Shown: one piece after another, positions 34,876-47,487 of the stretch
How the letters are laid out: each line of letters opens with the position of its first letter
How positions within the stretch are numbered: position 1 is the first letter of the stretch
Source of the DNA: Chiloscyllium plagiosum
Lineage: Eukaryota
Assembly (NCBI RefSeq): GCF_004010195.1
Contig: NC_057718.1
Location: forward strand, 2,676,996-2,740,995
Direction of reading: 5' to 3'
DNA: 64,000 nt
Notes under the pieces: model-generated
Seen by the model: only the letters and a program-made list of their open reading frames with translations
Told to the model about the DNA's origin: nothing
Databases searched by the model: none
Translations under genes and position numbers: made by a program

Positions 34876-36468
34876 CTTCAAAGAAAAAGACAATATGTTT
34901 ATTCCGATAAGAGCAGATTCACAGTACTGCTGTATTCAAAGGATCTGACCAGGTGGTAGGGGTTTTCAGTTAAACAAAGAGAACAGATTATTACACTAAA
35001 CCATTGAGCTGCATCTGTGACTGATTCAGATCAAATAAAATTCATCAGAATAAACAGAAATAATTAAATAAACCATGTGTCAAATAATATTTCTTAACTC
35101 TGTTCAGAATCTTATTGACATTTTGGACATGCAAGCACGATCCAAATCCACAATCACTTCCATCTGGAAGGACATGAGCTTGGGAACATCACCCCCTGCA
35201 AGAACCCCGCCAAGCCACTCACCATTCTGACTTGAGCATATATTGCTGTTCATTCAGTGTCGCTGGGTCAAAATGCTGTGAATCTCTCCCTAAGAGCATT
35301 ACAGCTCTACCTGCAGGACATGAACTGCAGTGGTTCAAGAAGGCAGCTCACCCCCCAGCAATAGCAGCAATAATAATGATAGTGATGATGGTGATGGTAT
35401 CAGCAGAACATTTAGAAATATGTAACATCAATCAGCAGACTCAGCATGGCATCACAAAGGATAAATAATGCCAGACAAATTTATTGGAACTCTTGGATGA
35501 GGTAAGCAGCAGGATAGATAAAGGGGATCCAGTGGATGTAATATATTCGGGTTTTCAAATCACTTTAGATAAGGTACTACACATGACGCTACTTGATAAG
35601 ATGAGAGACCCTGGTGTTGGAGGTAGTATGGACAGAGGATTGCTTAACTAAAAATGACAGGAGTTGGGATAAAGTGGGCATTTTCAGAGAAACAACCTGT
35701 TATTTGTGAAGTTCCACAGGGGCCACAATTATTGACAATTGATATTAATGACTAGATGAGGAAAATGAATCGACTGCAGCAAAGTTTGTGGATGGCACAA
35801 AAATAAATGGGAAGGCCAGTGGGGAGAATAACACAAAGAGTCTGCACAGAGCAATAGATAGGTTCAGTGAGTGGGTACAATGTTGGCAGATGAAATGTAT
35901 TGCGTGGAATACAATGTCTTGTACTTCAATAGGAAGAATATAATTTTATTTCTTCAATCAAGATGTGAACATTGCTGGCAAAGCCAGCATTTATTATCCA
36001 TCCATAATTGCTCAGCTTTCAGAGAAACGTGTACCTGTACTTCAAGGTCCCTCTATTCCACTACATTCCTTAAGGCCCTCCCATTCACCATGAATCTTGG
36101 ATCTTGATTTGACTTTCCAAAACGCAAGACCTCACACATCTTTATTAAACTCCATTTGCCATTTCTTCACCCACTTCCCCAACTGATCAAGGTCTTGCTA
36201 CAATTTCTGATAATGTCCCTCATTGTCCACGGTATTGCCTATTTTAGTGTCATCTGCAAACTTACTAAACATGCCTTGTATATTCTCATCCAAATCATTA
36301 ATATAGTTTATAAACAGTAGTCAGCCTAACACTGACCCCTGAGGCACACCACTAGTCACTGGCTTCCAGTCCGACGAGCATCCTTCCACTATTATTCCTA
36401 CCACCAAGCCAATTGTGTGTCCAATTTGTCAGTTCTCCCTGGATTCCATGCAATCTAATCTTCCAGAA

Positions 36469-38168
36469 CAGCCTATCATGTGGAACCTTATTAAAGGCCT
36501 CACTGAAATCCATGCAGATTATGTCTACATGCCTGCTCTCATCAACCTTTCTGGTCACTTCATTAAGGAACTCTGGCATGATATCCCACGCACACATCCA
36601 TACTGACTACTCCTAATCAAACCCTATCTTTTCTAGATGTATGTGTATTTTATCCTTCAGAATCTTCTTCAGTAACTTACTTACTACAGATGTTAGGCTT
36701 AACTGGTCTATAGTTCCCAGGTTTCTCTTTGCAGCCCTTCTTGAAAAAGGACACAACATTTGATAACCTCCAGTTTTCCGGAACCTCACCCATGGCGAGG
36801 GATGATGCAAATATATCAGCCAGGGCCCCAATCTTGCCATCGGTCTCCCACCCTAGAATATTGGCACATTCCTTTTCCTCAAATCAGGAAAGGGTGACAG
36901 AATGTTTATCCCAAATAATCATCTTCATTACCCTGATCCTCAACATTTCTCTTCTTAACAATTATCCCTGGAACATGGTCTTTTTCATTGATATCACCTC
37001 ACACTCCATTCTGCCCCTCACTGTCCAATTCTCCACGATATTATTCATATCTCTGCAAATCCCCTGGATCAATTCAACATTTCCCTTCAATATCCTTTGA
37101 CTATTCCCACAATAACACCTCATCACAATCACCCCCCCTACTCCCACACTCCTCTCCATGGTCTCACAAACATAGACTCACTTCTGGGAAATGGCTTGGC
37201 TGGACAAAAACTCTCAGCTTCACCCACTAATATAAAATATCCAAAGGAGGTTTGAAGGATGTACTGGGAGGGGAAGGGGTAATCTAACCCTCCAGAGCAG
37301 CCTATCATGTGGAACATTGTTGAAGGCCTTACTGAAATACACACAGACTACATCTACCCACTGCCTTCATCAATCTTTCTGGTCACTTCATCAAGGAACA
37401 CTAATAAATTTACAAGGCATGATATCCTACTCATAAACCATGCTGACTACTCTGAATCAAACTGTGTCTATCTATATGCATGTATATCTTATCTCTCAGA
37501 GTCTTCTCAAGTAACTGACATACCACAGATATTAGGCTTAACTGGTCTACAGTTCCCAGGTTTCTCTTTGCAGCCCTTCTTGAATAAGGGTACGGCGTTT
37601 ACAGCCTTCCAGTCTTCTGGAACCTCACCCGTGGCAAGTGAGATGCCAGGGCTCCAATCCTGCCATCCATCTCCCACCCTGGAATATTGGCACATTCCTT
37701 TTCTCCAAATCAGGAAAGAGGTAGCAGAATGTTCATTCCAAAAATCATCTTCATTAGCCTGATCTACTTCACATTTATCCCTGGAATATGATCCTTTTCA
37801 TTGGTGTCACCTCATACTCCATTCTTCCCCTCACTGCCCAACTCTCCACGATGTTATTCATATCTCTGTAAATCCCCTGGATCAATTCCACATTTCCCTT
37901 CAGAATCCTCTTACTATTCCCACAAATAATTCCCCATCACCACTCCTCCCACCCACCCCTACCACCCACATCCCCCCCCCTCAGTAATCTCACAAATGTA
38001 TCACACTAAACCCCACCCCCCCTCCCCACCACTACCACCCACACACACCCCCCTCCGTGGTCTCACGAATGTAGACTCACTTCTGGGAAATTGCCTGGCT
38101 GGATGAAAGCTCGCAGCTTCATCCACAAATATAAAATGTCTAAAGGAGGTTTAAAGATTGTACTGGGA
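36469..38168. repeat. Diverged tandem duplication (~830-870 bp unit: CR1 piece + unassigned sequence)
   Basis: 36469 cagcctatcatgtggaac...gtactggga 37269 recurs as 37298 cagcctatcatgtggaac...gtactggga 38168. Confidence 0.8.
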
Positions 38169-39351
38169 CAAGAGGGGGTGCAGATGAGGCTCACTAGGTT
38201 GATCCTGGAATTGAGGGGGATGTCTTATGAGGATAGACTGAGTAGACTGGAATTTTGTACATTGAAATTCTGATGAATGAGGGGGGAATATTATTTAAAC
38301 ATAACATTATGAAGGCAAATGATAGGATAGAAATAGAGAGGATGTTTCCATTGGTGGGTGAAACTAGGACAAGAGGACATAGCCTCAAAATAAGGGGGAG
38401 CAGATTCAAGATTCAATTGAGAAGGAACTTCTTCAGCCGGAGGGTTGGGAATCTGTGGAATTTGCTGCCCAGTGAAGTAGTTGATGCTGCCTCATTGAAT
38501 GTTTTTAAAGCTAAGATAGAAAACTAAAGGAATTAAAGGTTATGGTGAGAGGGCGGGTAAGTGGAGCTGAGGCCATGAAAAGATCAGCCATGATCTTACT
38601 AAATGGGGGAGCAGGCTTGAAGGGCCAGATGGCCTACTCCTGCTCCTGGTTCTTATGTTCAAGAAACAGAATACTTCCAGGAGCAAGTCCCTGGGAACTT
38701 TCCATCGTGTGTGGGAACCAGGGCAATGGTAAGAAAATCTGTCAGTAAGGGTTGATGTGACATCACAAACAAATGAAAGGGCAGCTGAAACTCTCCTGGA
38801 AGGTGAAGATAATTCAGAGGGAGGATTTGTGATGATGGCTCTCACTGAGGATCAGAAAGCAGACCGTGAATGAAATAAATTCACAGTCAGCTCATACTGA
38901 GGAAGGATCTGTGTGGTAGATTAGTTAGTAAAATTACACCATATGGGATTGGGTAGAGCTTGTAAATTGGATACAAACTTAACTGGAAGGGAGGAGGCAG
39001 AGGGTGGTGGTGGAGGGGTGCTTTTTTGGTCTGGATGCTTGTGCCTAGCTGTGTTCCACATGGATCAGTGTTGGATCCACTGCTTTTCACCATTTATAGA
39101 AATGATTTGAAGGTGAATATCGGCAGCATGGTTGGTAAGTTGCAACACCAAAATAGATGCTATAGTGGACAGTAAAGAAGGTTATCGTAGAGTGCAATAG
39201 GACCTTGATTAAATGGGCAAATGGGCAAATGGGCAAATGAGTCAAGGATTGGCAGATGGAGTTCAATTTAGACAAATGTGAGGTGTTACATTTTGGTAAG
39301 GCAAACCAGGCCGGGACCTGTACACTTAATGGTGGGGCCCTGTGTGGGGAT

Positions 39352-40620
39352 TGTAATGAGTTCAGCCAGGTTGATCTCATAGAATATGAGTTCCCTGTTT
39401 GGGGCCGTTAATCTGGTCCAATCAGGAAGCCCTGACTGACAGATATAAACAGGAGCATCAGGGGTTCTGTTCATTCTGGGAGCTGGCTCTGAGGGAGCTG
39501 GATCAGTGTCAAATACTAAACATGTGTAAATAAATTGGAACTTGGTGAGACAAAACTATCCAGAAGGTCAAGTGGTAAATGTGATGCCTTGAGTCACCTC
39601 CTGCTTACAGATTAATCCACCGGTGATGCTGTCACTGGAAGGGTTCGTTCTAACTATAAACTTTCTGGAGACCCTTCTGGTCACCGCTGACCAGACATGA
39701 CTGTGGACACTAAAAGATCTGGTCCTGACTAAACTAAAACAGCTGGTGTTGTTGGGGGAAGTCAAAGGGCCATCACAACCTGAACTGAAACCTTTCTGGA
39801 CCTGCTGAGCGCTGACTACCGTAGAGGATGGCAGATTACTGTAGGGAGCAGGAGTGATTCCACCGAGCAAAGGTCACCGCTAGATACTGGCTGAACTCCA
39901 CTAGGGTCATCCAGGGGTGTCCAAAATGAAAATGTGATGGAAGGTAATGTCTGGTAGCCAGGATTGGATGCAGACACAGCAGCATTGGTGAGTAGTGCAC
40001 AGAGTGCCAGCACGAATGAAAATTACCGCTAGCAGCTCCCTCATATTCATGGGAATGGCTGGGTGATCCCTGGACCCGGTTACACGTTGACTATGTCAAT
40101 CCTTTCATGGGCTCTGTATTTTCAATCAGTATGGACACCCACTTAAAGTGATTGGACATGCACAGGGGCCAATGGAAAAAAGGTTGCGAGCATCGAGTGC
40201 AATACCTGGACGCCTGAGGTGCTGGTCAGAGATAACGATCCATCATTTACCAACAGAGGATTCAAGTATTTCCTAAAGTCAAATGGCACTTGGCATGCAA
40301 AGACAACTCCATACCATCCATCATCCAATCATCTGGCAGAAAGAACAGTCCAAACTTTGAAGCCAGGCTGAAAGAAACAGCCTTCAACTTATACTTGTTA
40401 CCAAACTGTCCCTGTTCCTGTTTGATTTTTGGACCAGCCTTCATGCACCTACAGGGATAGCTCCAGCAGAGATGTTGTGGGAAAGAAGACTCCTCACCAA
40501 GTTAAACCTGATATTCCCAGATCCGGGAGGGAGGGTGAAATAGCATCAGAAACACCAATGCTGGACACAAAACTCCACTCAGCGAGAGTGACAGTTTACT
40601 TCAGGGAACAAAGATTGGAT
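39352..40620 (+). mobile_element. Short LTR plus decayed conventional Gypsy integrase fragment (repeated at 44030-46220 and, inverted, 48790-51250)
   Basis: LTR tgtaatgag...aataaa, then HxGVSKMK, W(P)GLDAD, SWEWLG.PW..LHIDY, DND(P)SFT and PYHPSSN motifs. Confidence 0.75.
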
Positions 40621-40649
40621 ACAAGGATCACAGAAATGGCCCAGGATAG

Positions 40650-41805
40650 AACATGGAACATTGAGCATAGAACAGTGCAGCACCTGAACAGGCCCTTCAG
40701 CTCACAATGTTGTGCCGAACATGACACCAAATGAAACTAATTCCTTTTACCTGTTCTTGGTCCATATCCCTCCATACCATGAATATTCATATGCTTATCT
40801 AAAAATCCCTTAAACACCTCTTTTGTGTCTGCTTCTATTACCACCCCTGGCAGCGTGTTCCACACTCCTACCATTATCTGTGTGAAAAACCGAACCCTCA
40901 CATCTCCTTTGAACTTGCCTTGTCTCACATTAAATACATGCATCCTAATTTTAAACATTTCAATTCTGAGAGAAGGATTCTGACCGTCAACACTATCAGT
41001 GTATCTCATAATCTTATACACTTCTATCAAGTTTCCCCTCAGCCTTTGCTGCTCCACAGAAAACAATCCGAGTTTTTTTATCCTCTTCTTATAGCTTATA
41101 CCCTATAATTCAAGCAGGGTAATCCCCTTCACCCTCCACCCTCTCCAAATCCTCCATATCCTTCCTGTCATGTGGCAACCAGAATTGAACATAATACTCT
41201 AAGTGTGGCCAAGTCAAACTCTTAGAAAGATGCAACATGATTTCCTGACTTTGTGTCAATTCTCTGACCAATAAAGACAAGCATTACACACACCTTTGTT
41301 ACCACCCTCTACTTGCATAACCACTTTTAGGGAGCTATGGACTTGAACCCCAAGATCCCTCTGTACATCAGTGCTGTTCAGGGTCCTGCCATTAGCTGCA
41401 TACCTTTTCTAAACATTTGACCTGCCAAAGTGCAGCACCTCATTTATATGGATTAAACTCCACCTGCCTTTTCTCTGCCTTTTTCTGCAATTCGTCTCTA
41501 ACCCATTGCATCCTTTGACAATCTTCTACACTATCTGCAACTCCACAGATCTTTGTATCATCTATAAACTTATTAAACTACCCATCTACATTTTCATCTT
41601 ACTCATTTATGTATATCATAAACAGCAGAGGTCCCAGGATGGGTCCCTGCAGAACATCACTAGTCACGGACCTCCAGCCTGAAAAGCAACTTTCCATCAT
41701 GACACTCTGTTTGCTATGGGCAAGCCAATTCTGAATCAACATGGCCAAGTGACCATGGATCCCATAAATCTTAATCTTTTGGATGAGCCGACCATGAGAG
41801 ACCTT
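40650..41805 (-). mobile_element. CR1-type LINE 3' fragment (paralogues 46230-46987 and 47615-48780)
   Basis: RLRGNLIEVYKIM, FFTQ..VGVWNTLP and (aacatag)n-type tail. Confidence 0.85.
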
Positions 41806-42439
41806 ATCTAGTGACCCTTCTTCAGCACAGTTCTAAGGAAAGGTCACTGGACCTGAAACGTAAAATCTGATTTCTCTTTGTATAGATGCTGCCGGACCTG
41901 CTGAGCTTTTCCAGCAATTTAATTGAGGAATGTCAATGTCTTCTTCAGCATAATCCAAACCCATAATCACTTCCATCTGGAAGGACACGGGCTTGGGAAC
42001 TTCAACCCCTGCAAGAACCCCTCCAAGCCACTCATCATTTTGACTTGAACATATATTGCTGTTCATTCAGTGTCACTGGGTCAAAATGCTGGAATTCTCT
42101 CCCTAAGAGCATTACAGATCTACCTGCAGGGCATGAACTGCAGTGGTTCAAGAAGGCAGCTCACCCTCCAGCAATAGCAGCAATAATTATGATAGTGATG
42201 ATGGTGATAGTGATGGTATCAACAGAAAATTTAGAAATGTATAACATGAATCAGCAGAGTCAGCATGGCATCACAAAGGATAAATAATGCCAGACAAATT
42301 TACGGGAACTCTTTGATGAGGTAAGATGCAGGAGAGATAAAGGGAATCAAGTGGATGTAATGTATTTGGATTTTCAAATCACTTTTGATAAGGTACTGCA
42401 CATGACGATAATTTATTCCCCATCCATAATCCACAGTAT

Positions 42440-42757
42440 GGGTGGCATGGTGGCACAGTGGTTAGCACTGCTGCCTCACAGCGCCAGAGACCCGGGTTCA
42501 ATTCCCGCCTCAGGCGACTGACCGTGTGGAGTTTGCACATTCTCCCCGTGTCTGCGTGGGTTTCCTCCGGGTGCTCCGGTTTCCTCCACAGTCCAAAAAT
42601 ATGCAGGTTAGGTGAATTGGCCATGCGAAATTGCCTGTAGTGTTAGGTGCAGCGGTAAATGTAGGGGAATGGGTCTGGGTGGGTTGCGCTTCGGCGGGTC
42701 GGTGTGGACTTGTTGGCCAGAAGGGCCTGTTTCCACACTGTAAGTAATCTAATCTAA
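42440..42757 (+). mobile_element. HE1-type V-SINE (young, absent from mirror arm)
   Basis: Full head, core and (aatct)n tail; the mirror site ~52530 is empty. Confidence 0.88.
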
Positions 42758-44794
42758 TTGCTCAGGGTGCTGTTAAGATTCAGTTCCTTTGTTATGGGTC
42801 TGGAGTCACATTTAGGCTAAAGGATGGCAGTCAACTAAATGGGTGTTTCCCTAACAATCGTTTTATGGTCATCATCAGATGTTTAATTCCAGGTTTTTAA
42901 GGAATTCAACTTTGAACATTTTCCATGAATATGGAGTCTCAGAACATGCCTTGGGTCTCTGGGTTAATAATCTAGTGATGATGCTACTTGGTCATTGTCT
43001 CCCATGAGGGGAAAGACTGCTTGGCAGCCCAGCACAGAGGGACTGGGGGGATTGGAGAGTGTGTAAGAATCACTGAGGGCTAGCATCCAAGTTCAGCAGG
43101 GAGTAAGGAAGGAAGGTGGAACATTAGACTTAATTTCAAAAGGGAATGGCGGTTAAAATTAGGGAGACTTTGTTACAACTATAGATGGCACTAGTTAGAC
43201 CAGAGCTGGAATAATGTGGGCTGTTGTGGGCCCCTTATCTGAGGAAACATACACTGATATTGGAGGCAGTCCAGAGAAGGTTCACTCAGTTGATCCTGGG
43301 TGTGGAGGGATATTGTTATGCAGAGTTGGTGAGTTGGTTGGGCCTGTATTCATCTGAGTTTAGCAGAATGTGAGAAGAACTTAGTGTGGCATATTAGATA
43401 TTGAAGAGGCAATGCAGAGAGGTAGTTTCCCCTTGCAGGATAAGGCAGGACAGTAGGTTTGAGGGTTATCAGATCAGCCATGATTGGTGGAGCAGGCTAG
43501 ATGGGCCAAATGGCCTCCTCCTATTCCTGTATTTTACTGCCTTATTACAATATTCATTCTCATGCTCAGTCAGACACTGCTCTCCTCAGATTCTGACGCT
43601 AAATCCTCACAAGTGTTTCTCTGCCATGTACACAGAGTTCCTGAGTATTCACTGGCAATGGTTATCGCCTAATTACTGTCTGACAATGTGCCCCCCGCCA
43701 TGCCCAGGAGTTGCTCAGAGACCCAGATTTCAGCTTCTCATACACACACTTCATATACCAGCTCCCAGACGTTTTATCTAAACAATCATAGTCATAGAAT
43801 CATAGAATCAGAACGTCCTACAGCACAGAGACAGTTCCTTCAGTCCAAACTGGTCCATGCCAACCAAAATGTCCATGCACTTCTATTAGACTCCCGTCTC
43901 AGTCTCCTGCACTTTAAAGCAAAAAGCTCCAAGCTTGTCCAACCTCTCCCTATCACTCAGTGTCTTGAATCCTGGAAATATCCTTGTAAATTTCTTCTGC
44001 ACTGTTTCCAGTTCAATAATAGCCTTCCAAAAGAAGCCCTGGCTGACAGATATAAATAGGAACATCAGGACTTCTGTTCATTCTGAGTACTGGCTCTGAG
44101 GGAGCTGGATCAGTGTCATGTATTAAACATGTGTAAATAAAGGGGAACTTGATGAGAGAAAACTATCCAGAAGGCCAAGTGGTAAATGTGATGCCTTGAG
44201 CCACCTCCTGCTTACAGATTAATCCACCGGTAGGCTGCCATTGGAAGAGCCCATTCCAATTATAAACTTTCCGGATACCCTTCTGGTCACCGCTGACCAG
44301 ACCTGACTGTGGACACAGAATGATCAGTCCTGGCTAAACTAAAACAAATGGTGTAGTTGGGGAAAGTCAACCTGAACTGAAACCTTTCTGGACCCGCTGA
44401 GCCACGATTACTGTAGAGGATGGCAGATTACTATAGGGAGCAGGAGTGATTCCATCAAGCAAAGGTTCAGCCAGATACTGGCTGAACTCCACTAGGGTCA
44501 TCCAGGGGTGTCCAAAATGAAAATGGTGGCTAGTATTGGATGCAGATACAGCTGCATTGGTGAGCAGTGCCCAGAGTGCCAACAAGGACAAAAATTACGA
44601 CTAGCAGCTCCCTCAAATTCATGGGAATGGCTGGGTGAACCCTGGGCTTGGTTACACATTGACTATGTCAATCCTTTCATTTGCTCTGTATTTTCAGTCA
44701 GTATGGACACCCACTCGAAGTGATTGGACATGCATCGGCCACAATTGTTAAACATGGGGCCAAAGGTAAAAAGGTTGCGAGCTGGTCCTTTAAT

Positions 44795-45765
44795 TAATTA
44801 ACATAAATGCTTTGGATGTGAGCATAAGAAGTACAGTTAGTAAGTTTGCAGATGACACCAAAATTGGAGCTATAGTGGATAGCGAAGAGGGTTACCTCAG
44901 ATTACAACAGGATCTTGACCAGATGGGCCAATGGGATGAGAAGTGGCAGATGGAGTTTAATTCAGATAAATGGGAGGTGCTGCATTTTGGGAAAGCAAAT
45001 CTTAGCAGGGCTTATACACTTAATGGTAAGGTCCTAGGGCATGTTGCTGAACAAAGGGACCTTGGAGTGCAGGTTTATAGCTCCTTCAAAGTGGACTCGC
45101 AGGTAGATAAGATAGTGAAGAAGGCATTTGGTATGCTTTCCTTTATTGGTCAGAGTATTGAGGACAGGAGTTGGGAGGTCATGTTGCATCTGTACAGGAC
45201 ATTGGTTAGGCCACTGTTTGAATATTGCATGCAATTTTGATCTCCTTCCTATCGGAAAGGGGTAGCGAAACTTGAAAGGATTCAGAAACGATATAGAAGG
45301 ATGTTGCCAGGGTTGGAGGATTTGAGCTACAGGCAGAGGCTGAACAGGATGGGGCTGTTTTTCTCTGCACTGTCGGAGGCTGAGGGGTGAACTTATAGAG
45401 GTTTACAAAATTATGAGGGGCATGGATAGGGTAAATAGACAAAGTCTTTTCCCGGGGGTCGGAGAGTCCGGAATTGGAGGGCATGGGTTTGGGGTGAGAG
45501 GGGAAAGATTTTTCACATGGGGCAACTTTTTCACACAGAGGGTGGTATGTGTATGGAATGAGCTGCCAGAGGGGGTGTTGGAGGCTGGTACAATTGCAAC
45601 ATTTAAGAGGCATTTGGATGGATATATGAATAGGAAAAGTTTGGAGTGATATGTGCCGGGTGCTGGCAGGTGGGACTAGATTGGGTTGGGATATCTGGTC
45701 GGCATGAACGGGTTGGACCGAAGGGACTGTTTCCATGCTATACATCTCTATGACTCTATGACTCA
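44795..45765 (+). mobile_element. CR1-type LINE 3' fragment (mirror at 49240-50185)
   Basis: SKFADDTKIG...LQQDLD..WQMEFN...LYRTLVRP and (ctctatga)n tail. Confidence 0.88.
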
Positions 45766-46987
45766 TCTAACGCAACACACGGACTTCCCAAGGTGCTGGT
45801 CACAGATAACGAGCCATCATTTACCAGCAGAGGATTCAAGTATTTCCTAAAATCAAATGACACTTGACATGCAAGGACAGCTCCATATAACCTATCAGCC
45901 AATAATCTGGCAGAAAGAGCAGTCCAAACTTTGAAGCCAGCTTAAAGAAACAGCCTACAACTTCATTTGATACCAAACTGTCCCGGTTCCTGTTTGATTA
46001 TAGGACCAGCCTTTGTGCACCGACAGGGATAGCTCCAGCAGAGATGTTGAAGAAAAGAAGACTCCGTAACAGGTTAAACCTGATATTCCCAGACCCAGGA
46101 GGGTGGGTGAAAATAGCATCAGAAACGTCAATGTTGGACACAAAACTCCACTCAGCGAGAGCAGTAGTTTACTTCAGGGAACAAAGATTGGATACGAGGA
46201 TCACAGAAATGGCCCAGGATAGAACATGGAACATGGAACATCGAACATAGAACAGTACAGCACCTGAACAGGCCCTTCAGCTCACAATGTTGTGCTGAAC
46301 ATGACACCAAATGAAACTAATTCCTTCTACCTGCCCTTGGTCCATATTCCTCCATACCATGAATATTCATTTGCTGATCTAAAAATTCCTTAAACATCTC
46401 TTCTGTGTCTGCTTCTATCACCACCCCTGGCTGTGCGTTCCACACTCCTACCACTATCTGTGTGAAAAACTAACCCCTCATGTCTCTTTTGAACTTTATC
46501 CATCTCACCTTGAATGCATGCTCCCTAGTTTTAGACATTTCACTTCTGAGAAAAGGATTCTGAGTGTCATCACTATCAATGCATCTTAGACACTTCTATC
46601 AAGTTTCCCCTCAGCCTTTGCTGCTCTACAGAAAACAACCTGAGTCTATTGACCTTCACCTTATAGCTTATACTGTCTAATTCAAGCAGGGAAAAGCCAG
46701 TAAATCTCTTCTCCACCTTCTCAAAATCCTCCATATCCTTCCTATCATATGGCAACCAGAATTGAACATAATACTCTAAGTGTGGCCAAATCAAACTTTT
46801 ATAAACCTGCAACATGACATCCTGACTCTTGTACTCAAGTCTGTGACCAATAAAGACAAGCATTACACACACCTTTGTTACCACCCTCTACTTGCATAAC
46901 CATTTTTGGGGAGCTATGGACTTGAACCCCAAGATCCCTCTGTACATCAATGCTGTTCAGGGTCCTGCCATTAGCTGCATACCTTTT

Positions 46988-47487
46988 NNNNNNNNNNNNN
47001 NNNNNNNNNNNNNNNNNNNNNNNNNNNNNNNNNNNNNNNNNNNNNNNNNNNNNNNNNNNNNNNNNNNNNNNNNNNNNNNNNNNNNNNNNNNNNNNNNNNN
47101 NNNNNNNNNNNNNNNNNNNNNNNNNNNNNNNNNNNNNNNNNNNNNNNNNNNNNNNNNNNNNNNNNNNNNNNNNNNNNNNNNNNNNNNNNNNNNNNNNNNN
47201 NNNNNNNNNNNNNNNNNNNNNNNNNNNNNNNNNNNNNNNNNNNNNNNNNNNNNNNNNNNNNNNNNNNNNNNNNNNNNNNNNNNNNNNNNNNNNNNNNNNN
47301 NNNNNNNNNNNNNNNNNNNNNNNNNNNNNNNNNNNNNNNNNNNNNNNNNNNNNNNNNNNNNNNNNNNNNNNNNNNNNNNNNNNNNNNNNNNNNNNNNNNN
47401 NNNNNNNNNNNNNNNNNNNNNNNNNNNNNNNNNNNNNNNNNNNNNNNNNNNNNNNNNNNNNNNNNNNNNNNNNNNNNNNNNNNNNNN
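46988..47487. other. Assembly gap (exactly 500 N) at the axis of the inverted duplication
   Basis: Run of 500 N, probably a fixed-size placeholder. Confidence 0.95.

Noticed and set aside
35360-35405. Hydrophobic ORF AIAAIIMIVMMVMV (also at 42170-42220 and 53160-53200) resembling a TM segment
   Set aside because: It is the translation of a degenerate (AAT/GAT)n microsatellite at a LINE 3' end, with no splice context.
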